Origin: Patescibacteria group bacterium
Lineage (GTDB): Bacteria; Patescibacteriota; Dojkabacteria; JAKAPS01
Length of the DNA stretch: 64,000 nt
Direction: 5' to 3'
Assembly: GCA_025450075.1 (NCBI GenBank)
Contig: JANWIC010000008.1
Coordinates: forward strand, 11,289 to 75,288
The notes beneath the pieces were generated by a model. It saw nothing but the letters and a program-made list of their open reading frames with translations. It was not told the origin of the DNA and searched no databases. Position 1 is the stretch's first letter, and each line of letters opens with the position of its first letter. The translations under genes were made by a program, and so were the position numbers. Of this stretch, positions 19,627 through 28,674 are shown in pieces.

Positions 19627-20964
19627 ATGAAATCCAAATTTGTTGTTATAAATAAAAAAGGTGAAATCTTTGATGCAGATAAATATATTTCAAAATCAAA
19701 AGATTTTTCTATCCTCATTGAACGGGAAGCACTTGGAAAAGGTGTGAAACCAAGTGTTGACCAAGAAAAGCCTGAATATATAAAACTGGCTAAAAGATTT
19801 GGGTTCTCCTGGGAGAAAAATGCTGATATCGGATTTATGAGTATGGATTACAAGGCAAACTTTATGCACAGACTTGTAAAAGATTTTGCCAGACAAGTAG
19901 TACATCAAATAGGAATGCCAATTCTTGAGATAAGCGGATCAAGGATGTTTGATATGTCGCATCCTGTTGTTCAGGCATATTCAGATCTTTTTGGTGAACG
20001 GCTTTTTCATCCATCAGTTGGAGAGAAGGATATGGTCATGGGGTATGATTGTTCATATCCGCAATTTAATCTATCGCAAGGATATCAGATGAGCTACAAG
20101 CAGCTTCCGTTTGCACACTTCTCCATAAATGAATGTTTCAGACTTGAGCAAAGCGGTGAATGCATGCTTCTATATAGAGGAAGACAATTCAATATGCCGG
20201 ACCTTCATCCATATTTTAAAGATGTAATGGAAGCATTTGATTGGTATCCAAAAATTGAAAAGCAAGTAAGAGAAGTATTTCAGAACAGCAAAAGAGGATT
20301 TGTTCTTTCTGCTGCAGTTTCTTCCTTACAATATTGGGAAAAATACAAGGAAGAAATATGTTCCATTGCTATCCGAAACAAGAAGGAACTTCTTTTAGAA
20401 ATTCCATTACAGGATATGAATAAGTACTGGATCGTAAATGTAGATTACAAAATTATTGATGCATTCGGTCAATCAAGAGAAATAGCATGTATTCAAATCG
20501 ATGTAGAAAATGCAAAACGACTTGATATTTCATATATTGATGAAAAAGGAGAAAAGCAGTATCCAATTATCATCCATAGCGCTGTAAGCGGTGGAATTGA
20601 ACGATATTTGTATATGTTATTTGATAACTTCAGAAATCACTTTCCACTTTGGCTGCATCCCGTGCAACTGCGCCTTATACCTGTCAGTGAAAAGTATAAT
20701 GAAGTATGTGAAGATTTAGCAAACAAATATGCTAAACAAGTTCGCATTGATGTGGATGACAGATCAGAAAGTGTAGCAAAAAGGATTAAACTTGCTAAAG
20801 AAGATTATATTCCGCATGTATTGGTTATTGGAGAAAAGGAATTATCTCAATCAGACGGTATAAAAGAATTAGAAGATATGATTGTAATGATTAAAAAAGA
20901 GATTAAGAAAAAACCATATTCTCCAATTGACTGGCCAATAATGGTAAGTAAACAGGTGAAATAA
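19627..20964 (+). CDS. thrS: threonine--tRNA ligase, archaeal-type catalytic and anticodon domains, no editing domain
   Basis: Motif 2 FRLEQSGE..R.RQFNMPDLH, QIDVENAKRL, HSAVSGGIER, PLWLHPVQLR anticodon domain; Thr leader upstream; start trimmed to MKSKF. Confidence 0.88.
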   Translation: MKSKFVVINKKGEIFDADKYISKSKDFSILIEREALGKGVKPSVDQEKPEYIKLAKRFGFSWEKNADIGFMSMDYKANFMHRLVKDFARQVVHQIGMPILEISGSRMFDMSHPVVQAYSDLFGERLFHPSVGEKDMVMGYDCSYPQFNLSQGYQMSYKQLPFAHFSINECFRLEQSGECMLLYRGRQFNMPDLHPYFKDVMEAFDWYPKIEKQVREVFQNSKRGFVLSAAVSSLQYWEKYKEEICSIAIRNKKELLLEIPLQDMNKYWIVNVDYKIIDAFGQSREIACIQIDVENAKRLDISYIDEKGEKQYPIIIHSAVSGGIERYLYMLFDNFRNHFPLWLHPVQLRLIPVSEKYNEVCEDLANKYAKQVRIDVDDRSESVAKRIKLAKEDYIPHVLVIGEKELSQSDGIKELEDMIVMIKKEIKKKPYSPIDWPIMVSKQVK

Positions 20965-20982
20965 AGATGTTGGATATGATGC

Positions 20983-21009
20983 AAAGAGCCGTCTTAAAAG
21001 CGGCTCTTT
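20983..21009. terminator. bidirectional intrinsic terminator
   Basis: AAAGAGCCG-N9-CGGCTCTTT between convergent genes. Confidence 0.75.
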
Positions 21010-21025
21010 CTCATGTAATTTTATA

Positions 21026-22813
21026 TCAACCGTTATTATTTCTAAGCGCTTCAAATGCTTTTGCAACAATTGAACCATGTGTTTCACCTCGAGGAGAGTT
21101 AACAAAACCATACGTTGTATTTGATATTTCAACTAGCCGTTGTAAACGATCATCTTCGGCTTTTGCTTCATCCGGGCTATACCGAGAAAGTACAAGTTCA
21201 ATTGCATTCTGCCAATCTTGTAATGTATATGAATGACCAATTAAATCCTTTTCTTCAAGTTGATATCCCCTACCTTTATCTCTTACCACTCTTTCAATGA
21301 GAAGCGCAGTTGCATGATCAACAATTTCTCGTATACTGCGAGGCGTAAAATTATTAGTTAATGTCGTCACCAAATTGATTATCATTTCTCTTGCTTCCTC
21401 TGAACTTTCAGCGGTAATACCTGATAATAGAGGGTCAAATAATTCGACATGTAATTGAGGAGTGCAAGTAGGTACATGTTTTTCAAGAATAGATCGTCGA
21501 GCATCTTCATCAGGAAGACCGCAAAATATCATAAGACCAAGACGTTCACTTTGGCATAATTGAGGTGAAAGTTTCTCTGGGTAATTAGTTGTTGTTATGA
21601 GTCTAATTCCTGAAGAAAATAATCCGGCTAAAAGATTTAGTAATGCATTACTTGCAGCACTTCCCTGCCCGTCATCTTTGTCAAAAGGCCTTTCCATATC
21701 TTCTAAAATAACTATAATTGGCCTTTGAACCTGCTTAGCGATATCCATAAGTCTTCGTATAAGAGTACGATCTGAAGGGTCTTTTAGCAGATCTGCTGCA
21801 AAATCTGTTGCAGAGATTGGAAGCATTATTACACCATGCTCTTCTTTCATAAGCTCCATAATGAGTCTTGTTTTTCCTGTTCCCATTTGTCCTGCTAACA
21901 TTACTGATCGAGGTCTTCCGGAAACTGAACTTGTAAGAGACGGATTAGCAAGGGGATAAAGAAGTATTCGCCGGATAAGTTGCAACTGATCACTATCGGA
22001 AGGAAGTGTACTTTGGTCTTGCAAACCTAAAACATTCATTTTATGATGAATCTCATACATTAGTCTTGCTTGATCCGCAGGAATTCCTTTACCAGCAAGT
22101 ATGCTAGCAATGTTTATTATTGCCAGCATGATTTCAATCTGGTACATACCATCGTTAACTAGACCTCTCCCACCTACATAAATCCCACCTTCTCTCATTT
22201 CGATAAGATAATTTGGAGAAGGATATAAATTTGAGTTGTTATCAGTAACACGAGAATCAGTAAACCAGTGCATATCTTGTCTTGCTCGGAATCCAGCCGC
22301 AACATCATTTCTTGGTAGTTCTCGCATAATAAATAACCCTTTATCCCTTCTTGTTAACCTTCCTAGATTTTCTTGCCCGCGGAAATATCCTAAAATATGA
22401 TCATCAACGGGAAGATCTTTACCTCTTGCGGTAAGAATTGGATAAGTAAATGCTGTACGTTTTCTCGGCTTCCGTCCAGGGTTCGGACCATATATCATAT
22501 CGGAAACAGTAAACAATTGTTCAAGTTGTTCACCTGTTAAATTTTGAATATTAAATTTAATCTGAATTCTAGGAAAATAATCATCTGGAGACCAGGTACT
22601 TTGAACCTCTACAATATTTATTTCTGGCTGAATTCCACCAATATTTTCTACTAACATCTTTACTGCATTTTGGAAAGCAGTGAGTCCTATTCGATCTGTA
22701 GGGTCAAAGCTTAAGGGATACAATAGAGGATCCCGAGGAAGCCTTGCACTGCTATCCATCTCACTAAGTTCTCGAGCTTGTTCTTCCCCACTGACTGGTT
22801 CTCTTATGCTCAT
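21026..22813 (-). CDS. AAA+ ATPase with uncharacterised N-terminal domain
   Basis: Walker A GQMGTGKT, Walker B IILEDME, sensor TTNYPEKL, SERL. Confidence 0.85.
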   Translation of the reverse strand: MSIREPVSGEEQARELSEMDSSARLPRDPLLYPLSFDPTDRIGLTAFQNAVKMLVENIGGIQPEINIVEVQSTWSPDDYFPRIQIKFNIQNLTGEQLEQLFTVSDMIYGPNPGRKPRKRTAFTYPILTARGKDLPVDDHILGYFRGQENLGRLTRRDKGLFIMRELPRNDVAAGFRARQDMHWFTDSRVTDNNSNLYPSPNYLIEMREGGIYVGGRGLVNDGMYQIEIMLAIINIASILAGKGIPADQARLMYEIHHKMNVLGLQDQSTLPSDSDQLQLIRRILLYPLANPSLTSSVSGRPRSVMLAGQMGTGKTRLIMELMKEEHGVIMLPISATDFAADLLKDPSDRTLIRRLMDIAKQVQRPIIVILEDMERPFDKDDGQGSAASNALLNLLAGLFSSGIRLITTTNYPEKLSPQLCQSERLGLMIFCGLPDEDARRSILEKHVPTCTPQLHVELFDPLLSGITAESSEEAREMIINLVTTLTNNFTPRSIREIVDHATALLIERVVRDKGRGYQLEEKDLIGHSYTLQDWQNAIELVLSRYSPDEAKAEDDRLQRLVEISNTTYGFVNSPRGETHGSIVAKAFEALRNNNG

Positions 22814-23053
22814 ATAATAAAATTATTGTCTTTCATTATACAAAATATTCATATATCTGCAATTAATGTTCAGATCTTTATTACGTAGAGAATAGTTTTT
22901 GTGTTATCAAATATAATATTCATGTAAATCAACAGGAAATGCCCTATTCCATGCCATCTTAAAAAATGCTTTTTGTATTCGAGTAATATCTTTATTTATA
23001 ATTTCAATTCCCATATCACATTATTTCTTTGTATTTCATGATATACTCTTCCT

Positions 23054-23320
23054 ATGGAATACAAAGAAATTGAAAACCATTACCATGATCTTGGCCTTTT
23101 AACTGAGCATGGCACAGACAAACCCGGAACAGTATACCCACCACATATACATGAAATGACTTATCTATATACCCTTACTGGTTCTCTTTCTATTCGTATT
23201 AGAGACGGTGATTGGCAAACGCTCCAAGCAGGAGATGAATTTATAATTCAGAAAGATGAGTTGCATGAAGCAAAAGTCGGAGAAGATGGATGGGAATATG
23301 TAGCAGCGTGGAGCGAATAG
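23054..23320 (+). CDS. cupin domain protein
   Basis: PPHIHE...GSL...AGDEF..ELHEA. Confidence 0.85.
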   Translation: MEYKEIENHYHDLGLLTEHGTDKPGTVYPPHIHEMTYLYTLTGSLSIRIRDGDWQTLQAGDEFIIQKDELHEAKVGEDGWEYVAAWSE

Positions 23321-23370
23321 AAAACTTTTATGAAAAGTCGTATACTTATTGAAATTTATTAAAATTCAGA

Positions 23371-23847
23371 ATGAAAAAATATCTACTCGTTGGTCTTCCT
23401 GCTATTCTTATTATTATAGTCATTATTTTAGTAATAACTCATTCCGATAAAACTACAGCCCCTACTTCTACTAACACGACAACTACTACTGTTGCACAAA
23501 ATAACAATGCAGCCGCACCGCATGATAATATATATCTTACAAAAACCAGTAGTTCTCTAGGCTCATATATGACCGATTTTAATGGCGTCACATTATATAC
23601 TTATGATAATGATTCATCTGGGGTAAGCAACTGTAATACCGGATGTATTGAAACATGGCCTGCATACACGTCAGGGGCAGTAAATCAAGGGTCATTCCCA
23701 ACTGACATTACCGTTATTACTCGAAGTGATGGTACAAAACAATTTGCATATAAAGGAAAGCCATTATATTATTATTCAGGTGACAAAACTTCAGGGGATG
23801 TAAATGGAAATGGCATTGGAGGAATTTGGCATATTATTAAGATGTAA
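23371..23847 (+). CDS. secreted protein with Yx(FWY)xxD repeats (COG4315-like)
   Basis: Signal/TM, GVTLYTYDND, CNTGCIETWP, GKPLYYYSGD. Confidence 0.85.
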   Translation: MKKYLLVGLPAILIIIVIILVITHSDKTTAPTSTNTTTTTVAQNNNAAAPHDNIYLTKTSSSLGSYMTDFNGVTLYTYDNDSSGVSNCNTGCIETWPAYTSGAVNQGSFPTDITVITRSDGTKQFAYKGKPLYYYSGDKTSGDVNGNGIGGIWHIIKM

Positions 23848-23849
23848 CT

Positions 23850-24401
23850 ATGAATTCGCTTTTTCTATTCAATCTTGTTACTCTAGACGGTTTTTATGCA
23901 GGTCCAAATGGTGATATCGACTGGCACAATGTTGATGAAGAATTTAATCAATTCGCTATAAAACAATTAAATGAAATAGATGTATTGCTTTTTGGCAAAA
24001 CGACATATGATCTCATGGCATCATATTGGCCTACTGATGAAGCAAAAACAGATGATTCAATCATTGCATCAAAAATGAATTCCATTTCAAAGATTGTATT
24101 TTCGACAACAATGCAAGAAGCAAGTTGGGAAAACACAACACTTGTACATCAAATTGAAAAGGATAAGTTGCTCTCCATGAAAGAAACCTCTCGGCTTGCC
24201 ATTTTTGGAAGTGGTAAACTTGCAGTTGATCTCATAAATCAAGGATTAGTTGATGAATTGCGGATTCTCGTAAATCCGGTAATTTTAAGTGAAGGTATGC
24301 GTCATTTAGAAGGAATTTCAAAGCCACATACCCTGCAACTTGTCAGAACACAACAATTCCAATCAGGAAATGTATTGCTCGTGTATAAAATCCTTTATTG
24401 A
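23850..24401 (+). CDS. dihydrofolate reductase-like (RibD C-terminal) protein
   Basis: TLDGFYAGPNG, LLFGKTTY, GSGKL, GLVDEL. Confidence 0.9.
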   Translation: MNSLFLFNLVTLDGFYAGPNGDIDWHNVDEEFNQFAIKQLNEIDVLLFGKTTYDLMASYWPTDEAKTDDSIIASKMNSISKIVFSTTMQEASWENTTLVHQIEKDKLLSMKETSRLAIFGSGKLAVDLINQGLVDELRILVNPVILSEGMRHLEGISKPHTLQLVRTQQFQSGNVLLVYKILY

Positions 24402-25252
24402 AATCCCTCATTGTCTACGCCAAATGGATAAATGATTGGCAAACTGGATTTTAATATTTTCTCATTTAATACTTGGTACATCATGCTTCTTAGACTTGAT
24501 GGTTTTTCATTTTGTAAAAGTATTGTGTTTGGGTAGAATAACTTGATCCACATTCCTTGGAGCGCATATTCAGCAAATTTTCTTTTGATCCAATCATGCA
24601 ATATCTTATCATCCGGCTTTGGAATATTTACAAAATATTTTCCTGCTCCGAAAGCATTCTTTAATTTTTCAAATTCTTTTTCAAAAGCAATTGTTGGAAA
24701 ATATGACTGAATATTTTTATATATAATTGTAAACGATGATTCAAAATTCCACCCTACTGCATTTTCTATTTCTGTTTCAAATGCATACCAACTTTTTACT
24801 TCAAATGGAATATCATGATATTGTTTAGCAATATAATCTTTTAAATTTGTTCTGTATTCTTCCCATCGATTTTTATACCTATTCATCAGATCTTCTTTAT
24901 CTATTCTTGGATAAATCTTTTTCTGTTGCGAATAGATATAGTATGGATCAGTATTTCCTATCATGACAGTAAGTAAGGTATTCGGATATACATCCAATAT
25001 CTTCTTATATAAATCCATAAGGACAGGAAGGTCAACATCCAGATTATTCCCCTTCGGGTCTAGCGAAACATATTGTTCAGGGCATTCTTGTGAGTACAAG
25101 AATTTCGGATCTATTGTCGAACAGGTGAAACAAAACAAATTTAATCTCTCACCCGTTCTTGTAACCTTTCGAGTTACCATTTGCACTTCGGTATCATCTG
25201 AATTACTTTTATTCTTATCAATCTCTTTTATTAGTTTTTGTAGATTTTTCAT
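24395..25252 (-). CDS. uncharacterised protein, paralogue of the C-terminal part of 25260-26468
   Basis: Shared motifs F.C, IGNTD, YALQG, ILLQNEKP, LPIIY; start trimmed to MKNLQ. Confidence 0.7.
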   Translation of the reverse strand: MKNLQKLIKEIDKNKSNSDDTEVQMVTRKVTRTGERLNLFCFTCSTIDPKFLYSQECPEQYVSLDPKGNNLDVDLPVLMDLYKKILDVYPNTLLTVMIGNTDPYYIYSQQKKIYPRIDKEDLMNRYKNRWEEYRTNLKDYIAKQYHDIPFEVKSWYAFETEIENAVGWNFESSFTIIYKNIQSYFPTIAFEKEFEKLKNAFGAGKYFVNIPKPDDKILHDWIKRKFAEYALQGMWIKLFYPNTILLQNEKPSSLRSMMYQVLNEKILKSSLPIIYPFGVDNEGFQ

Positions 25253-25259
25253 ATTGATT

Positions 25260-26468
25260 TTATGACCTAAATAGATATATTGCTGGAATTGGATTCCTTT
25301 GTAAATATGCATTAAGCATGTTCGTTCGAAAAACTGGAGGGAATTCATTTTGAAGTAGGATCATGCCTTGAAAGATGTTTGTAATGGTTTTTCCTTGCAT
25401 AGCATACATACATATTTTTCCATAAGCTATCTTTCTAAAAGTCTCATCGTCAGGAAGTGGTATTCCCGGATACCAGTTATTCGCTTCCCAATTTTCACGA
25501 ATTCGTTGAGCTTCTTCTTCTACCATTTCTTGTGAAATTTTCTCATTATAATACGCAATTCCCGGATCAATAGAGTTCCATAAAATTACTGTTAAATCAA
25601 TTGGAGCATCTTTACAATATTTTTGTAATTGATTTACAAGATTTCTCCTGTATTCCTCTTTATACATATTTACTTTTTGTCCATTTACAGAAGGTAACCC
25701 AACTACTGGATCTATATATGTATCCTGATCAGTATCACCAATGACAACAAGCACTTGTAATCGGAGACCATATTTCCCTATTACTTGGGCAATGGTAACT
25801 ACTTTCTCAATCCATCCTCTTACGTTATTCCCTGCAGTATCTGTAAGGATATATGATTCGGGTGATTCACTCCAAAGCTGGGAAGTATCAAGGCTTAAGC
25901 AATTAAATAAAAAAACGTGTAACCGTCCTGAAGGGAGAGTTTCCTTTACACATTCGTATAGACGATTTCTATCCGTTTCTTCCTTCAGTTTATTAAATCT
26001 ACCTAAGACATCACATATCCATGCTGCCTGTTCATCCTCCGGACGTGTCGGGAGAATATATCCTCCTATTGCATCTAAATATTGTGGAAAAGGAGTTTTG
26101 TGTAAATCAGTACGAAATATTTCTCGCATTAATACTAATACTCCCATATATCCGGATAGGATAAAGACATCTTTTCTAGGAGAGTCAGGAGGAAGAAAGT
26201 TTCTCGCCTTTTCAACAAAGGGATCTTCATATTCTGCCGACCACCTTCTTACATATCTATTTTGCAGAAGAAGTTTATCTCTTCCCTCTTCTCTTTTAAA
26301 TTTTTCAACCTTGTCAAGAAGATAAGGTATTCCGCTCACACGCTGATAGATTTCAAATAAGTCGAGAAAGTTCGTTATGGTATCAAGCGGCGGAATAATG
26401 GTGTCTACAATGTCTGTAATTCTATCAGCTTCATCTTTTAATTCAAATTGTTTTATTTCTGTTGACAT
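25260..26468 (-). CDS. uncharacterised protein (putative Rossmann-fold enzyme)
   Basis: Motifs FNC, IGDTD, YAMQG, ILLQNEFP, IPAIY; start trimmed to MSTEIK because the upstream extension is a terminator. Confidence 0.7.
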   Translation of the reverse strand: MSTEIKQFELKDEADRITDIVDTIIPPLDTITNFLDLFEIYQRVSGIPYLLDKVEKFKREEGRDKLLLQNRYVRRWSAEYEDPFVEKARNFLPPDSPRKDVFILSGYMGVLVLMREIFRTDLHKTPFPQYLDAIGGYILPTRPEDEQAAWICDVLGRFNKLKEETDRNRLYECVKETLPSGRLHVFLFNCLSLDTSQLWSESPESYILTDTAGNNVRGWIEKVVTIAQVIGKYGLRLQVLVVIGDTDQDTYIDPVVGLPSVNGQKVNMYKEEYRRNLVNQLQKYCKDAPIDLTVILWNSIDPGIAYYNEKISQEMVEEEAQRIRENWEANNWYPGIPLPDDETFRKIAYGKICMYAMQGKTITNIFQGMILLQNEFPPVFRTNMLNAYLQRNPIPAIYLFRS

Positions 26469-26487
26469 TATGGTAAGTATAAGATAG

Positions 26488-26512
26488 AAAAAAATCCCGC
26501 TAAAAGCGGGAT
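26488..26512 (-). terminator. intrinsic terminator in the leader of 26468
   Basis: ATCCCGCT-TTT-AGCGGGAT followed by a T-tract on minus, about 20 nt before the ATG. Confidence 0.8.
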
Positions 26513-26537
26513 ATATGAATATGTGCAATTGGTATGA

Positions 26538-26615
26538 TCAATGCCTCAGCACATATTCACCATGTGTATGATGGGAAATTTGAAACGAGATTTTATTCAA
26601 AGAACTTGTTGTCAT
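26538..26615 (-). CDS. candidate leader peptide MTTSSLNKISFQISHHTHGEYVLRH
   Basis: Lies between extended -10 TGATATAAT (26640-26648) and the terminator; 4 His codons. Confidence 0.5.
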   Translation of the reverse strand: MTTSSLNKISFQISHHTHGEYVLRH

Positions 26616-26660
26616 GTTTTAGCGTATTAAAACAGTGAGATTATATCACAGAGTAAAAAC

Positions 26661-27515
26661 TCATGCAATATTTGCAGGAATCATAATACACATGATTAAA
26701 AGGCTAATAAGAGAGAAGAAAAACATTGATCTTGCCCACTTAGTTTCATCTTTTGCCCTAAATCCCTTTATCCCCAATCTGATCCAGATAATCCCCAGAA
26801 TCGCCATAACAATAAAATATATTTTTCCTGTATAACCCGTTATCGAAAGAATTAGTGATGTAAGTGTAAACAAAATAACAAATATAAGCATTTGTATTTT
26901 AGTGCTTTGTGATCCTTTCTCAACTGGCCAGACATGTAACTTCGCATTTGTATAATCTTTTAACCTGAATAGTGATATGGCATAAAAATGAGGCATCTGC
27001 CACCATACCATCATTAAAAAGAGTAGTACAGCTGCAGTATCAATCCTGTTTGAAACAGCGGTATAACCAGCTAGAAGAGGCATAGCACCGGATATACTGC
27101 CAATGATCGTACTATATATTGAATGCCGTTTTGCAGCTCCATATACAATGATATATATCCCATATCCGATTAGTCCTTCTATCACAGTAATTATATTCGT
27201 AAAGTGTATCAAGAATCCAAATCCAGCAATACCAAGGATTGTTGCATATACAAGAGCATGTGATATTGGAATTGTACCGGTAACAAGAGAACGTCTTTTT
27301 GTTCTTGTCATCTGCGCATCAACTCCTCTATCAATGAAGTTATTAAAGACACAACCTGATGCAATAACAAAAGATGTTCCAAATATTACACCGATTGCAA
27401 TACTCCAATGTATTTTCCAATCAGATGCAAGCAAAAATCCGGAAATAAGGGCAAGGAGATTACCATATACAATTCCAGGTTTTGCAAGTTGATAATATGT
27501 TCGTATTTTTTCCAT
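26661..27515 (-). CDS. cyoE: protoheme IX farnesyltransferase (heme O synthase)
   Basis: QLAKPGI, NNFIDRGVDAQMTRTKRR, WQMPHFYAI; start could lie up to 27539. Confidence 0.93.
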   Translation of the reverse strand: MEKIRTYYQLAKPGIVYGNLLALISGFLLASDWKIHWSIAIGVIFGTSFVIASGCVFNNFIDRGVDAQMTRTKRRSLVTGTIPISHALVYATILGIAGFGFLIHFTNIITVIEGLIGYGIYIIVYGAAKRHSIYSTIIGSISGAMPLLAGYTAVSNRIDTAAVLLFLMMVWWQMPHFYAISLFRLKDYTNAKLHVWPVEKGSQSTKIQMLIFVILFTLTSLILSITGYTGKIYFIVMAILGIIWIRLGIKGFRAKDETKWARSMFFFSLISLLIMCIMIPANIA

Positions 27516-27582
27516 ATGTTTCATCATAACATATCCCAATCCCCTCTTCTATTCATTCAGCATTATTAGGTATAATCAGGAC

Positions 27583-27987
27583 ATGGATAACAATGGATAC
27601 TCCCAAAAACCATTACTAGAAAAATTAGGTATAAGGCAAGGATCATCATCCCTCATTCTTCACGCTCCGCAAGAGATGGTTGCATTGCTTCATGAAGCAC
27701 ATCTTCCATTCGACTCAACGATTCAAAGAGATTATGACTTTATCCATGCCTTCTATCTTTCTACCCACGATTTAAAACAGGAATTTACCTCCTTAAAGAA
27801 GCATTTAAATAGGGATGGGATGCTTTGGATTTCCTGGCCAAAGAAAGCATCCCAAATTCAGACAGAATTAAATGAATTGTATATCCGTGAATTTGTTTTG
27901 AAGCATGGCTTAGTTGATACTAAAATTGCATCGGTTAGTGAAATATTTTCAGGATTAAAATTTGTATATAAACTAGATGAAAGATAA
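27583..27987 (+). CDS. DUF3052-like protein
   Basis: GYSQKPLLEKLGI, LWISWPKKAS, GLVDTK. Confidence 0.8.
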   Translation: MDNNGYSQKPLLEKLGIRQGSSSLILHAPQEMVALLHEAHLPFDSTIQRDYDFIHAFYLSTHDLKQEFTSLKKHLNRDGMLWISWPKKASQIQTELNELYIREFVLKHGLVDTKIASVSEIFSGLKFVYKLDER

Positions 27988-27996
27988 TATTTGAAT

Positions 27997-28674
27997 ATGT
28001 CACAATTAGATATCTGGACAGACGAATACAAAACTCATAAAAACCTCCCCAGCAGCAGGGTGATGGAGCCATCAAAAGTTCTGGTAAGTTTCTTTCAATC
28101 ACCTTATATAAATAATGTTCACACTGCTTTGGATGCTGGATGCGGAATGGGAAGAAATTCCATTTACCTTGCCGAACATGATATCTTTACAACCGGCATT
28201 GATTTTGTCCCTAAAGCAATAGAGGAAGCCAAGAAAAACGCAAGTGAAAAAGGACTTGAAAATATGACAGAATTCTTCTGTCATAAAATGTCTGATCCGT
28301 TCCCCATACAAGAGAAATCAGTCGATCTTGTCATCGATATGATGAGTATACACACACTTCATGAAGATGAAAGAATTGCATATTCGAAAGAAGTAACGAA
28401 AGCACTTAAAAAGCATGGCTTTTTTCTCTTTTTTTCAATTGCAGCAAGTAGCCCCGCAGCCCAAGCGTTATGCAAAGATTATCCTGCGGACGAACCCAGT
28501 TCATATTACATCCCCCAAACTGGAGCATTTGAAAAGGCATTCACAAAAGATGATTTTCAAAAACTTTTTCCTAACTTTACCTTTCAAGATTACCAGGAAT
28601 ATGATATGTATACTCCTGCTTTTGATGATACATACCACCGTCTCTACTGCTCAGGAATACTACAGATGGAATAA
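27997..28674 (+). CDS. class I SAM-dependent methyltransferase
   Basis: ALDAGCGMGRN, GIDF, SVDLVID. Confidence 0.9.
   Translation: MSQLDIWTDEYKTHKNLPSSRVMEPSKVLVSFFQSPYINNVHTALDAGCGMGRNSIYLAEHDIFTTGIDFVPKAIEEAKKNASEKGLENMTEFFCHKMSDPFPIQEKSVDLVIDMMSIHTLHEDERIAYSKEVTKALKKHGFFLFFSIAASSPAAQALCKDYPADEPSSYYIPQTGAFEKAFTKDDFQKLFPNFTFQDYQEYDMYTPAFDDTYHRLYCSGILQME

Noticed and set aside
23455-23495. Thr-codon run (TSTNTTTTT)
   Set aside because: Internal linker of a secreted protein, not a leader peptide.
26469-26528. TTG-start extension of the 422-aa ORF
   Set aside because: Coincides with the leader terminator hairpin.
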